Both the position numbers and the translations under genes were made by a program. From NCBI RefSeq assembly GCF_004010195.1, contig NC_057720.1, positions 23,052,567 through 23,116,566 on the forward strand: a DNA stretch of 64,000 bases. The letters are read 5' to 3'. Under the pieces are notes generated by a model that had not been told where the DNA came from, did no database searches, and saw only the letters and a program-made list of their open reading frames with translations. This document shows, piece after piece, positions 37,244-51,041 of the stretch. The first letter of the stretch is position 1. Every line of letters starts with the position of its first letter. Source of the stretch: Chiloscyllium plagiosum. Taxonomy: Eukaryota.

Positions 37244-37344
37244 GTCATTCAAAAGTGTTTTATTGACAATTTTAAAGTAAACTTTTACACCAAGTCACAA
37301 TTGTGAAGCAATTCAAATAAAGGATGGTTAAGATATGTAAGAGG

Positions 37345-38030
37345 TTGAGAGGTGACCTGATAGAAGTTTATAAACTAACAAGAGATATAGATAGAGTTGA
37401 TGGTAGTTGTCTTTTCCCTAAGATGGGGAATTAAAGACTGGTGGTACATTTTTAAGGTGAAAGGAGAAAGATTTAAAAAAGACACAAGAACCAATTTTCA
37501 CAGAGGGTGAGTCACGCGTGGAACAAACTCCCTGAGGAAGTAGTGGATGTGGGTACAATTACAATGTTTAAAAGACATTTGGATGATTAGATTCGATTCC
37601 CTACAGTGCGGAAACTGGTCCTTCAGCTCAACCAGTCCACACCAACCCTCCCCAGAGTCACACATCTCCCTCCGACTAATGCACCTATCACTATTGGCAA
37701 TTTAGCACAGCCAATTCACCTAACCTGCATATCTTTGGACTGTGAGAGGAAACCAGAACACGCAAAGAAAACCCATGCAGACACTGGGAGAATGCACACA
37801 CTCCACACAGACAGTCACCTGAGGCTGGAAACAAACCTGGGACCCTGGTGCTGTCAGGCAGCAGTGCTAACCACTGAGCCATCATGCTGCCATGGGTACA
37901 CGAACAGGAAACGTTTGGAGGAATATCGGCCGGAGCAGGGATTAGTTTAATTTGGGATTATGTTCATCATGGACTGGTTGGATCAAAGGGTCTGTTTACA
38001 TGCTATATGATTCTATGACTCTATGACTCT
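37345..38030 (+). mobile_element. CR1 3' fragment containing a minus-strand V-SINE (37586-37893)
   Basis: LRGDLIEVYK motif; (actctatg)n tail; the SINE splits ttggatg|ggtacac. Confidence 0.85.
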
Positions 38031-38628
38031 ACGCTCAATTGTTTATAATTAGAAGTATCAATAGCTCAGAGGGTTTTGGGACTGGAACAAAATTATAGAG
38101 ATGGAGATGGCAAGTTTCATGGAGGAATTTGAAAACAAGGACAAGAATTTCAAAGTCAAGATGTTGCTTAATTGAGCATCAGTCTAGCTTGGCAAACACA
38201 CTGGTGATCTGTTTATAGGATGTGGTGAGACTAAGGACATGTGGTGGATGGTTTTAGGTCACATCAGGATACCACCTGAATAAGTGAAACTTGTGTGTTT
38301 AAATTGTTCAATATCTGGGTCATGAAGATTGTTTGACATGATATTAACAATTATAGCTACATTAAATAGACACTTACACATGTTAATTAACAGCATTAAT
38401 GTTCTGAGTTGGATTTAATGGGCATCTAATGTGCAAATCCAGCAAGTGCTTAAAAATAATAGGTATTCTAAGGGTCAGATGTCCTTAATGCAAAGCAAAG
38501 ATCTGATTGGTGTAAATTGATGCACAAATTCTGTAGATTTGCAATTCACAGAATATGTTAACCCACTTAATTTATTGGGCTATTTTCATATTAATAGTGG
38601 TGTGCATTGTTAATACATCATTAATTAT

Positions 38629-38918
38629 GGGTGGCATGTTGGCTTTGTGGTTGGCACTGCTGCCTCACAGTTCCAGGTTCGATTCAAGCCTCTGGCAACT
38701 GTCTGTGTGGAGTTTGCATAGTCTCCCTGTGTCTGCATGGGTTTTCTCTAGTTTCCTCCCACAGTCCAAAGGATGTGCAGATTAGGTGAATTGGCCATGT
38801 TAAATTGCCCATTGTGATAGGTGCATTAGTCAGAGAGGGATGGGTTACACTTCGGAGGGTCAGTGTGGACTGGTTGGGCTGAAGGCCCTGTTTCCACATT
38901 GTAGGGAATCTAATCTAA
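38629..38918 (+). mobile_element. HE1-type V-SINE (older)
   Basis: tRNA-like head, ggttcgattc B-box, V-domain, aatct tail. Confidence 0.88.
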
Positions 38919-39854
38919 TTTTTTAACAAGATCTTATCCAAAGCACATATTTCACAATGCAAATAGATACTTATCAATTTGACAGGTGGGTGATAAAGGA
39001 AGGTATAATTGATTGAATGCTACACTTGATTTAAGTATAATTATATGACATATATTGTAAAGGATACTATGGTAACCAAGATCTACTTCAAGCTCTATTT
39101 CTATCTCAAAATCAAGTAAATCATATGTAGCTTGTCAATAATGCCAATGCTTGACATAGCAATCAGCTTACTCTGCTATGAGCATGGGAGGTATCAACAT
39201 TCAAATAAAACAAAGATGCTGAAAATTCAGAACAAAGAAAATACAGAAATTGCTGGAGAAACTGAGGAGGTCTGACATCACCGGTGAAGAGATTTGAGTT
39301 TTCAATTTAGTCACCCTTCTTTAGAACTTCTGAGTTGTGGGAACACTTTCTGAACAAGAAGTTATATGATATAGTTTTGGATTGCTAAGTATAAGAGTAA
39401 TGGTATACTGATAACACTTCTGGTTTAGTAATATAGATGGCTAGACCAATGCCCTTGGGGCACAGGTTCAAATCTTGTCATGACATGGATTTAAATAAAT
39501 CTGTAAAGTGTGGCAAGTTTCTATATCATAACTGATGTGCTTTGTAATTTTCTAGTATAATAGTTGGACCACATAACATAAACCAGAGAGTTACATTCTT
39601 GTTGAGATAGCTGTCTTGCCATTTGTTAACAACACTGGCTATTTACACAGCTACAATATCACAGGCGTACACTCACTATCAAAGTTCTGTGCCTGCTAAT
39701 GTTTCTGTACATTACATCTGCATAACTGCCTGACCTGAAGATGGTGTATTGATTCCATTACACAGAGTAACTAAAATGAGGTGGGTACTTCCATATAGGA
39801 AGGTCATTTGTCATGATAGAAACAGATCTGTTCTGGAATCTGTGCTATCAAGTC

Positions 39855-40398
39855 AAGCCCTCGTAATCTTACCAGACCACAGGGCTGCTCGTTCATTAGA
39901 GAGAGATAATTGGTGGGGATTTATCCTGAAGGCCACCATACCTCAGGTGGGCAAGATGTTGAGAAGGAAAGTCTTTCATGGTAACCTCAGCTACTACAGG
40001 AATTGAACGCACATTGTTAGCATCATACTAAGGGCGGCACGGTGGCACAGTGGTTAGCACTGCTGCCTCACAGCGCCAAAGACCCGGGTTCAATTCCCGC
40101 CTCAGGCGACTGACTGTGTGGAGTTTGCACGTTCTCCCCGTGTCTGCGTGGGTTTCCTCCGGGTGCTCCGGTTTCCTCCCACAGTCCAAAGATGTGCAGG
40201 TCAGGTGAATTGGCCATGCTAAATTGCCCGTAGTGTTAGGTAAGGGGTAAATGTAGGGGTATGGGTGGGTTACGCTTTGGCGAGTTGGTGTGGACTTGTT
40301 GGGCCGAAGGGCCTGTTTCCACACTGTAATGTAATCTAATCTAATCTAATACTACTTCATAAACCAACCATCCAGCCAACTGAGCTAAACCAACCCCC
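39855..40398 (-). mobile_element. tRNA-derived SINE (second family) split by the V-SINE at 40032
   Basis: Flanks rejoin into a copy of 11350-11562. Confidence 0.7.
40032..40350 (+). mobile_element. HE1-type V-SINE, full length, young
   Basis: A-box tggcacagtgg, B-box ggttcaattcc, V-domain, CR1-like tail gggccgaagggcctgtttcc, (aatct)n; short atacta duplication. Confidence 0.95.
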
Positions 40399-40699
40399 AA
40401 TCTGTGCTCTTGTACAATGACGAATCATCTTTTTCAATAAGATGTACAAGGATGTATATAGATAAATTGTCCATATGTATGTATAACAAGATTATGCCTT
40501 GGAAGATAAGATATATTTAACATGACTTTACAGCGCACCTTGCAGTGTGGGAACTGTTGTCATGGATAGATGTGTATCATTTGTAGATGTGCTCGTTGCT
40601 TGACATAACACTTTCAGTTTCTGATTTGTCATCCTGCATGACCATGTGACTGTGTGGTGATGTGCAATTTTTTCACATGATTTGACCGCTCTCATTAAA

Positions 40700-41640
40700 A
40701 TTTAATATGACCTAAGTTGGACATGCCATACTATCTTGCCACAAGCCCCTACTTTCGTATGGACATCTCAAACTCCTATGCTTTGTCCTGGTTCAAATTG
40801 TAATAGCTGTCTCCATGTTAATTGATCCTGCTCTTGGACCATTATCTCTATTTTTCTTAGCAATGCGTCATGCACAGGTGGTTCGGTGGTGAGAGTGTCG
40901 GCAGGAATAACTGTGTGGGTCTGTTTCCCAAGCTTGACAGGTGCTGGTGAGGGTAAATCATTGTCTAGAGGATTGACATGTAGATTTAGCAGAGCCATCT
41001 GAAAACTCTGACTAATCACTTTATACTTAAAGCCATGGATAAGACAGTACAAATAGCACATTATATGAGGCCATGTACTGGTGATAGTGAAGAGAGGAGG
41101 TAAAATACTGAATACTTCATTTCCTGTACATGTCTCTGACAGCTGCACCAGTGTATTGTGGCCCATTTGTTGTGGTACACTGAGTGCTGAATATGACCAT
41201 TAAAATGCCAACAACTGCTTCATTAGTGGTATCATCATTTTGTCGTCTAAAGTGGGAGTTGGTCAAATAATCAGCCACCAAATGAAATGTAAGTTTAGAT
41301 GTGCAAAATACCAGTCGCAATCTAGCACCATGGCTCAGAAGGAATCTTGAGGTTCTCTTAATGACTGATGTCCTTAGTAATACCTGGCCAATGTATGGAT
41401 TTACATTTCAATTTCTTACGATATTTTTACACTCATATGACCAATAGGCACACGCTGTAGCATGCTTTGATATGGAGTTTGTAGAATCATGACTTGTTTG
41501 CTTTTAAAGGTCACATTCTTAGAGAGTTCTAGTCCATCTGTGAGGAACAGAATTGACAGGAGCTCAGCGACCTGTTGGATAAGTACAGACCACCTGCTGA
41601 TCATGATCTTTTAAGCTGTTGCAGATAGTTATCAGAGAAC
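40700..41640 (-). pseudogene. Degenerate Ty3/Gypsy pol integrase region
   Basis: Minus frames: QVMIL..MLQRVPIGHMSV, SIHWPGITKDI, LVADYL...DTTNEAVVGILMVIFS, TNGPQYTG and IQYFTSSLHY, i.e. zinc-binding and DDE integrase motifs in order. Confidence 0.75.
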
Positions 41641-41664
41641 CAATCATTGTATCAAAGGATCTTG

Positions 41665-41913
41665 ACAATGTAGAAGCAGGCCATTCAGCCCATCAAGCCC
41701 ACACCGACTATACGAAGAGCATCCAACTCAGATCCAATCCTCTCCCCTCTCCCTGTCCCCCTGCATTTCCCATGACCTATACACCTAGCCTAGAACACTA
41801 TGGGCAATTTAGCATGGTAAATCCACATAACCTGCACATCTTTCAATCGTGAAAGGAAACCGGAGCACACAGAGGAAACCCATGCAGATACAGGGAGAAT
41901 GTGCAAACTCCAG
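41665..41913 (-). mobile_element. V-SINE, 5' truncated
   Basis: V-domain and tail in reverse complement. Confidence 0.8.
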
Positions 41914-42174
41914 ATGTAATTTGCTGAATCTGCTCTGCTTGGCAGTGACCAAAATGTAGCAAATCTCTGGAATCTCTGAATTGCAATTGATGGGGTTGTT
42001 CCCTTCGTGGATTGTTACATTACATACGTTTGTGTATTCTGGCAGAACGAGAAAAGCTAATCCATCTGTTTCAATGAGTTGAGAGTCTCCATATTGAAGA
42101 TCAAATTGAGGTTAAGACAGATATTACCATTGCATGGAATGGACTGGTTATAAGCAGCAGGAAAAATGGGTAAA

Positions 42175-42955
42175 GAGATCTGTTAAAAAAAAATAGTATT
42201 CTCGGCTTCATTAATAGGGACATACGATACCATAGCAGTGAGGTTATGCTGAACTTATACAGGACATGGATACATCCTGTAAAATCAATCCACTGAAAGT
42301 TCTCTAACCTCTTTCATAATTTGGAACTGCATAGTTGCTCTGAGTTTCTATACATCCCTCAGAGATCAGCTCACCAAAAAAATAAATTACAGAGAAAATT
42401 AGCCCTCAGCCAGAAGATTGTGTACAGTTCTGGGCACCACTCATTAGGAAGGGTATGAACACATCAGAAAGAGTGCGGGAGAGGTTTACAAGAATGGCTC
42501 CAGAGATGAGAAAGACAAGTTATAAAGACAGATTGGTGAAATTAGAACTTTTTTTTCTTGGAAAGGAGGTGACTGGGAGGAGGCTTGAGAGAAATTTTCA
42601 AAATCAAGAGAGCTCTGCATGGACTAGATAGGGAGAAATGGTTCTGCTCATAAAATGATTGAGAACCAGAGGGTGCAGATTTTAAGGGGTTTGCAAAAGA
42701 AGCAAATATAAGTTTAGAAAATAGTTATGTCACTCAGCAAATAGTTTGGTTTTGGACTGCAATGCTTGGAAGTGTGCTGGAGGCAGATTCAATTAAGACA
42801 TTGACGAGAGCACTGGATAACAATTTAAATAGAATCAATGTGCAGGATTTCAGGGAAAAGACGGGAGATTGACACTAAGTCAAAATGCTCCGTGAGCCAG
42901 TTCCGACATAATGGGCCAAATGCCCTTCCTTTGCATTAAACCGATTCTGTGATTC
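42175..42955 (+). mobile_element. Old CR1 3' fragment
   Basis: LGFINR, CVQFWAP and RFTRM remnants plus a CR1-like 3' tail. Confidence 0.7.
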
Positions 42956-45414
42956 TGCAATATATGCAAATATGAAGATCTGACACATTGCATTCATTTC
43001 ATGTGAATGGATGTCATTTACTGCACTGTCCATAATGCAACAAGAGTGTGGGAGAGACTTTCTTACATCCAACACTGATGTGACATGGCCAGAGTGAGTT
43101 ATCACTTGTTGAAGTATGACAAAATAATTGTTGTTTTTTAGCAATGACTCAATGCAATGATTTACCAAAATCAATGTTTGGTAAGGGGTGTCACTGTTGC
43201 TCGTAATTGATGAACTACCAGTTAACAACATGAATGATCCTGGCTTGCTGCCATTGCTAAAGAAATTATGCTTCGGCACCCGTTTAGTTTGTATTCCTCA
43301 CTGACAAAAATGTCAAGATCAATGGGAAGATATTTTGTGCAATTTTATTGTTTTACCATAGACCAATAGGATTTTGAAGTTAAAACATGTATAGATGGTG
43401 ATTACAGCCTATACAATAACTTGCACTAAACTTCACTGACATGAATTAAATACCCCAATCTAAATACAAAGTAAGTGATGAGCCTATGGAATTCACTGCC
43501 ACAAAAAAAGCAGTTGAGGCCAAAACATTGAAAGTGTTCAAAAAAGATTTAGATATAGTTCTTAGGATGAAAAGGATTTGGAATAAAGTAGCAACAGGTT
43601 ACTGAGTTGGTTGATCAGCCATGCTTGTATAGAATGACAGAACAGGCTTGAAGGGCTGAGTGGCCTACTCCTCCCATTTTCTGTAACATAGTTGTAAGTA
43701 GTTCTCTTCCATGTGTAATTTCACTATTGAGCTAAATCATTTTCAATAGTTATGTCCTCAGTAGATGAAATCCTGTGTCACCATGAAACTATGACTGAAG
43801 ACCTTTAAAATGAAAAGTTAAATCTTGTTTTGTTCTATTTTGTGACACACCAGTTATTTATAATCCTGTGACACTTCTGGTTGAGTCAATTGTACTCTTC
43901 AGATTTCTAAAAAGAATTCAATCCCCAATATGGTGATATTTTATTTCTACTTTCATTTGCCATGTCAATTATGTTTTATAATGTTTTCGTGGAAATAATG
44001 GGTTACTGTTAACTTTTAACTGTTGACCGCAATGTTAAGCATATTACTCCATCAGACTTCCGGAAGAAACACCAAAAGCATGACTTAAACATTAAGATAA
44101 CTGTTCCTGTTAATTATTAACGAAAGCAAAGTGCTGATTTCAAACTCATAATCCTGTTTGAATCAATTGCTTTTGTAATTTGTCATCAAATCTAATTAGC
44201 TTTTGTCTATCTAACAGTTTGTTCTTTCATGTAGAGCTATTGATGCATTTATCTCTACATATATTTGCATTTGTTTTCAATCTGTTTCCTTTGGTTTATT
44301 ATATTTCTTAAACCAATTGTTCCATTCTCAGACCAAACTGTGTATTAATGCCCACTTACCTACATGCAAATATTCTTGCAGAGCAAATGGTATGCATTAT
44401 TAAGTCAATGACCATTAAGGATCAAGCAACAAAATAAAAGTTCATACTGTATTGCTGCATTTTCATGAAATGCGACTGGAGAAAGGACTACCATCCTCAG
44501 CACAATCTATATTTAGAAGGCAAATAAAAATGACTTTTCTAGCAACCAACTAAGCAACCAAGGATGAAAAACGTTAGTAGGGACTGTCTATAGGTTTCCA
44601 AAGAGTAATAATGAGGTATGGGATGGCATTAAACAGGATATTAGAGATGCATGCAACAAGGCGCTAAATAATAATAGGTGACTTTAATTAAATATAGACT
44701 AGGCAAACCACATTAGCAATAACACTGTTACGAATAAATACCTGGATTGTATACAGGATGTCTTTTTAGACCACTAAACTGAGGAAATAGCCAGGGAATA
44801 GGGTTTACTCAATTTGGTTTTGTACAACAAGGAGAGGTTAATTTTTTTGCAATACATTCTTTAGGAAATAGTGATCATAAAATGATTGCAATCTTTTTCT
44901 AAAACAAAGAGGGAAATTAATAAAAATCACAACAAGCAGGCCAGTAGAAAACGGCACACTGAACACGAGGAGTGTAAATGTGAGAATGTGCATGCTGAAA
45001 ATACAAATACTTGGATATCAGCAAAGGGTTCTATAATTTCAACCAGCTCAGATGAAACAAAGTACTTATTGATTATGGTCTACATTACGAAGGAACGAAG
45101 CCAGTACAAATGAAGGACTGACACACCATGCGTGCACAAAGAGAGTGAGGAAGATAACTCCAGTTTGATGTTTGTGCAATAATACTGAATCACACTAAAC
45201 AGCAGCAAGTCAACCAAGTTGTCAAAAAAGTGGATTATAGAAGAACACATACCTTTCTATCTGAGCACATGATCACCAGAACAGGATGTTTTCAGACCTG
45301 CAAAGCAATATATTGAAGTTTAAAGTGATTATTTTGTTGACTCTATTTTTATACCTGTGTGCAACTATTGAATTGACAATGTGTGACAGCCATGTATAAC
45401 TGTTTGGGATCATT

Positions 45415-46717
45415 TTTGGATAAATCCCCAGGACCTGATCAGATATACCCTAGAACTCTGTTGGCAGCTAGAGAAGTGATTGCTGGGCCTCTTGCTGAGA
45501 TATTTGTATCATTGATAGTCACAGGTCAGTTGCTGGAAGACTGGAGGCTGACTAATGTGGTGCCACTGTTTAAGAAGGGTGATAAGGACAGGCCAGGGAA
45601 CTATAGACCAATGAGCCTGACGTCGGTGGTGGGCATGTTGTTGGAGGGAATCCTGAGGGAGAGGATGTACTTGTATTTGGAAAGGCAAGGACTGATTAAG
45701 GAGAGTTAACATGGTTTTGTGCATGGAAAATCATATCACACAAACTTGATTGAGTTTTTTGAGGAAGTAACAAAGAGGATTGATGAGGGCAGAGCGGTAG
45801 AAGTGATCTATATGGACTTCAGTAAGGCGTTCGACAAGGTTCCCCATGGGAGACTGATTAGCAAGGTTAGATTTCATGGAATACAGGGGGAAACAGCCAT
45901 TTGAATACAGAACTGGCTCAAAGGTAGAAGATAGAGGATGGTGGTGGAAGGGCAACTTTTTCANNNNNNNNNNNNNNNNNNNNNNNNNNNNNNNNNNNNN
46001 NNNNNNNNNNNNNNNNNNNNNNNNNNNNNNNNNNNNNNNNNNNNNNNNNNNNNNNNNNNNNNNNNNNNNNNNNNNNNNNNNNNNNNNNNNNNNNNNNNNN
46101 NNAGAGTATTGAGTACAGGAGTTGGGAGGTCATGTTGCGGCTGTACAGGACATTGGTTAGGCCACTGTTGGAATATTGTGTGCAATTCTGGTCTCATTCC
46201 TATCGGAAAGATGTTGTGAAACTTGAAAGGGTTCAGAAAAGATCTACAAGGATGTTGCCAGGGTTGGAGGATTTGAGCTATAGGGAGAGGCTGAACAAGC
46301 TGGGGCTATTTTCCCTGGAGTGTCGGATGCTGAGGGGTGACCTTATAGAGGTTTACAAAATTATGATGGGCATGGATAAGGTAAATAGACAAAATCTTTT
46401 CCCTGTGGTCGGGGAGTCCAGAACTAGAGGGCATAGGTTTAGGTTGAGAGGGGAAAGATATAAAAGAGACCTATGGGACAACTTTTTCACACAGAGGGTG
46501 GTACATGTATGGAATGAGCTGCCAGAGGATGTGGTGGAGGTTGGTACAATTGCAACATTTAAGAGGCATTTGGATGGGTATATGAATAGGAAGGGTTTGG
46601 AGGGATATGGGCCGGGTGCTGGCAGGTGGGACTAGATTGGGTTGGGTTATCTGGTCGGTATGGGTTGCACCGAAGGGTCGGTTTCCATGCTGTACATCTC
46701 TATGACTCTATGACTCT
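45415..46717 (+). mobile_element. 5'-truncated CR1 LINE (RT to tail), gap at 45964-46101
   Basis: DKSPGPDQIYPR, YMDFSKAFDKVPHG, LVRPLLEYCVQFWS; (actctatg)n tail. Confidence 0.95.
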
Positions 46718-47084
46718 TTTTTTATCGGTGAAAACCGGGGACATTGTATCATATCCCACAGTCAACGCATTAGTTTATGTTTCGCAGGCAGTTTGTCAGT
46801 GTTATCAACACTGTATGATCACCTAATGATATAAAGGTCTCAGCCTCCATCTTACCTTGGGTTTCTTGCCTTCAGAAACATGTTACTGTTTAAAATGAAT
46901 AATGATAGCCCAGAGATAGACATACCTGTGAGTGTGGTACTTGTATAGTTTACTGAGCTGTAATAAATGTCTTTTGGATCATTCATTACCATCTTATTCA
47001 TTCCCAAGTTTTTCATAATGAGGAAAACGTAATGAGGATATCAGACAAAAATATCATTGTGGAGACAAAATGCACATCAACTTA

Positions 47085-47632
47085 TTTCCACCACCACCAT
47101 GCTTTCACTGCAGGCTCAGCTCATGACACCAGTTGAGAGCATGCTTATCCTGAAATGAGACAAAGGCAGGCAATGTCTACAATGTAAGTGGAGAGGTGGT
47201 GAAGTTTCCCCAGTGAGTGAGTAGGAAGTGTGCAGGACTAATAGTTTCAGAGGATGATATGAGTAAAAGCCAATGACTAAATGTGGTGTATGTAACAAAG
47301 AAAGTTATAGTCCATGAGCTATGGTGAGAGGAGTGTGCTGTGACAGACCTACAGTGACTGCTGGCCCTGTGAGTGTGAAATAGCAAAGAGAACTTGATGG
47401 CACTTTCCCTTGCAGGTTCCAGGTCATTGACTGGCTTTTTGCACTGCTATGTATTCTGTTTAACACTGGACACAGCATTGACCCAGGCCACCATCTGAGT
47501 CCAGACCAGTTGAGTGTAGTATTCTGGTCTCCTTTAGCAGTCAACAATGAAAATGCTGGCACTCCTCTCCACCACCTCATCCAGTAATACCTTCAGGTCC
47601 CTGTCCATGAAGCAGGGAACTGCTTTGCCTTT
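47085..47632 (-). pseudogene. Harbinger-type Myb/SANT-like DNA-binding protein relic
   Basis: 47632-47408 translates KGKAVPCFMDRDLKVLLDEVVERSASIF..*RRP...VWTQMVAWVNAVSSVKQNT*QCKKPVNDL. Putative intron to an AG at 47151-47150, then DKHALN...GGGG. Confidence 0.7.
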
Positions 47633-47637
47633 CTAGA

Positions 47638-48543
47638 TGTTATGACACAGGAATAGCAGGTTAAACCAAATCAGTCTATCATTGGATTCACAACACTGTG
47701 AAATTATCAAAATTGCCCAATTGTTCTTAACTGGACTTTATGAATAACAGATTTTGCAGAGCAAGTTTGTAACTTAAAACAAAAAAATGTTTATTATTAA
47801 TAATATAAATTTAGCAGAACATAGATAATCAAGAAGATATTCTAATAAGATCTAAAGCCCAATCATCTTTGATAATATTCCCATTCACAGACAGACAGAC
47901 ACAGAAGTAAAAGAATTATAATTTGTTAGTTCAATAAACAGTTTCAAAACCAAGATAATGGTCATTAAATCCTTGGACAATGGTTTGTTCACAACAAGTA
48001 GAACTCTATATTTTGCTCGAATTCCGAAGTCATTAGTTAATGATAACAACTTCAGCAGAATTCTAGAAATATTTATTTATTTCTTATAGACTGGGTTTCA
48101 TTCCTCAGAACATACAACAATTTGATATTAGGAGAGAAAGAAAAGAGAATAAAACAGAGGAAACACAGTCTTTGGAAGATTCCAACATTCAGAGTCTCCT
48201 GCCAAATCCTGTCAGAACCTGTTCACTTTCTTTATTTTCTCTTTTCCATCAGTATTCCCTGTGGCTCACTATTTAGTATTTGTCCTCCCACTGGCTGGTC
48301 AATTCAACATCAATCATTTGCCAACCATCTGCATTGCAGTTACTTGGTGTCAGTTCATCGACAGTCCTTAGATCAGTCACTAAGTTGCACACTTTTCAGG
48401 CTAGTTCCCAACAGAAAATACCTGTCTTTGTTCACTTCTCTATTTAAACAAGCTGCTATTCAACGTTCTTCAAATTCTTACTTTCAATTCACAGTTCCAA
48501 ACTAAAAGATGCAAAAAATAAAAGTGTGTGGTGATTCTCTACA
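47638..48543 (-). mobile_element. Probable solo LTR (~900 bp)
   Basis: TGT...ACA ends. The first 14 bp (tgttatgacacagg) are the reverse complement of the 3' end of the LTR at 4861-5602. AATAAA on the minus strand near 47790. TSD unclear. Confidence 0.5.
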
Positions 48544-49599
48544 AGACCAACCACAATAATAAATCTTGAGCACCACGGGTTTTTGGCTTGCAGCATCTAA
48601 AGTTGTACACAGATAAACTTTAATTATGATGCAGTAGAATGAACACCAGAAGATCCCAGCAATGGCAAACACTTCTGTTTCTTTGAAGAATGGTGGCTAT
48701 GAGCCATGAATCTCACTCAACCAAATCATAATTAAAAATGGAAAGTGATCAAAATCAGGACCAAAATCATCCTTTCCCTGAATTAAAAATGGTAGTCTAT
48801 ATATGTGTAAAACATTAAATAAACGTCAGTCATTTCTGCTTTCTGTGCTAAGCTATGACAATAAAGGCCATTATATCCTTCATATCAGGATGGAAATCTA
48901 AAAGGATGTATACTTATTAGGATTGAAGATGTACATTTTTAAAAATCGCTCAATATTTAACTCATTAGAACGGCGAGAACTGCCCTGGAGATGACACAGA
49001 AGGTATGAAATATGTAGTCTACTCATTTTAAACGTCAATAAAATCAAACAGTGAACAAGGAGTTTCTGTACAGAAGATCCTGTTTTTGACTGTGTTCGAT
49101 GTGTACAAGGGTCCATTAAGAAAAAAATAAAGACAGAAAGTCAGGACTGGAATCATCACAGAAGATACATTTGACCATAAAACATTATACAGTGTATTTG
49201 AAATTATAATGTTTATGGCTTTAAACTTCAGATTTGTGACTGCAGGGGAAATGTTTTCATTGAAGAAGACATGATTCTTATACAGTCTGCAAAAACAGTC
49301 TCTGTGAAATTTATTTAAAGTTAGTCCTCAACATCTGCTTGCTTTCTACATAACCCAAGGGAGTGAGCATAAAAGTAAAGGAAAATGCTTGTGATATTAT
49401 GATATTTCAGAATCTGTAACAGCATTATTTTCTGTGTTTATGGCAATTGCAGTCCATTGATGGGGCATAATGGGACATCTTCTTTACATTGAGATTGTTT
49501 TGAAGTAAGTAATCATTTTATGGATCATTCTTGCAATGTGATCATGAGGTAGTCCAATAATATTTGAAAAGATATTTGAACACACAGTTATTAACTGAA

Positions 49600-49712
49600 C
49601 TATTGCTTTGTGACACAGTGAGAGTGTCTCTATCCATGAACCAGGAGGCCTGGGTTCATGTCCCACCTGCTCCATTGGTGTATAATAACATCTCTGAACA
49701 GGTTGATTAGAG
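49600..49712 (+). mobile_element. Short decayed tRNA-derived SINE
   Basis: gtgacacagtg...gggttcatgtccc A/B-box-like spacing. Confidence 0.4.
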
Positions 49713-51041
49713 AAAAGGTTAAACAAAAAAGGCATTTATGTTTTAAACAGAAATTTTCACTGCACAAGAAATAAAATGAGAACTAACATATGACTACATT
49801 TCATAAACATATACTTCAAGATGAAAATTTTCAACAAGATATTCTCTGTTCTATTTTTGCATTCATTTAAGACTTTTCTTGCTTTTTAAGATCTTGAGGC
49901 TTGCTTCACTTCTTTGGGTCCAAATCAAGGTGTGTCACAGCTTTCAGGAATTCACTTTGATTATCCTCAGTGTCCCTCAGTATTCTGGGAGTATGAATTT
50001 TTTGGAGAGGTGGGGGGCTTTCACAAACATCCAGCTGGGTGACCATCCAACTCTCTAACTTGTAATTGTAGATGATGTGAATCAGAAATAGCCTTTGATT
50101 GGCATAGCTCTTCACTCTGGTCTACAGCTTCTGTCAAATTCTTTTTTTTTGCTTTCCACAGTTGCTCTCAGGCTTCAATTGTTAGCTTCTGTGAAAATCA
50201 CACAAATGACTTCAAACCTTAAAGAAAAACATATCTCCACAGCTTTCAGGACTTAGCGTTGAGTTCAACAACTTCAGAGCATGAAAATTCTCCTCCATTT
50301 TAATTACATAATTTCTCCTCCCCAGTATTTTGTCTGTGTGAGTTTACACTCTTGACAGCTATATGTTATTGACCTAAATTTGTATTATTATTTACACCTA
50401 CTATTAACACTTACTTTAAATCCAAAGTAATTTCCTACCACTGCCAGTACTCACTTTGTCTTTTATTCTGGCCACCCTTTCCATCTATTTTTCTAGCTCC
50501 TCCTCCACTTGGCCAATATTTTCGAGCTCAGTTCAGTTCCAAACAAGAGTCAGAATAAACTCAAAATCTTAACTCTCTTTTTATCTCCACAGAACCTTCT
50601 AGAGTTCCTGAGTCCCTCCATCACATTCTGATTTTCTTCCAGAATTTCAGCATTCAGCATACTTAGTACTTAACAAAAGATGAAACATACCTCCAGCCCT
50701 CAGTAGTGCCCACTGCCATATTCCCCTTTCTCATCCAAGTGCTCTAACTGCATTCATAACTCCTTATACTCTCCATTCCTACTCATTACTCTCTCAACAC
50801 CTTATGCTCCCTCATATACTTATTTCTAACCATGCTTCCTCTAACCATTGCCCTTTACCCTTGTACTTACTAACCTTGTACATTCCAACTCACCAAGTGT
50901 CCATCCTCGACTGACCTTAAGATGCATATTAAGATGAGATAAAATTAAGTTCTATAAAATGAAGTTTTAAGCATATATTGAAGACTTTACTATATTGGAG
51001 AAATATCGCTTCATCAAAAAAAAATGCTTCAACTAAATAAA

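Noticed and set aside
40032..40105. tRNA gene
   Set aside because: A/B boxes run straight into the SINE body; no separate tRNA with a terminator.
45945..45963. Apparent CR1 internal deletion joining RT to 3' sequence (gggcaactttttca)
   Set aside because: Lies at a contig edge next to a gap; likely an assembly mis-extension.
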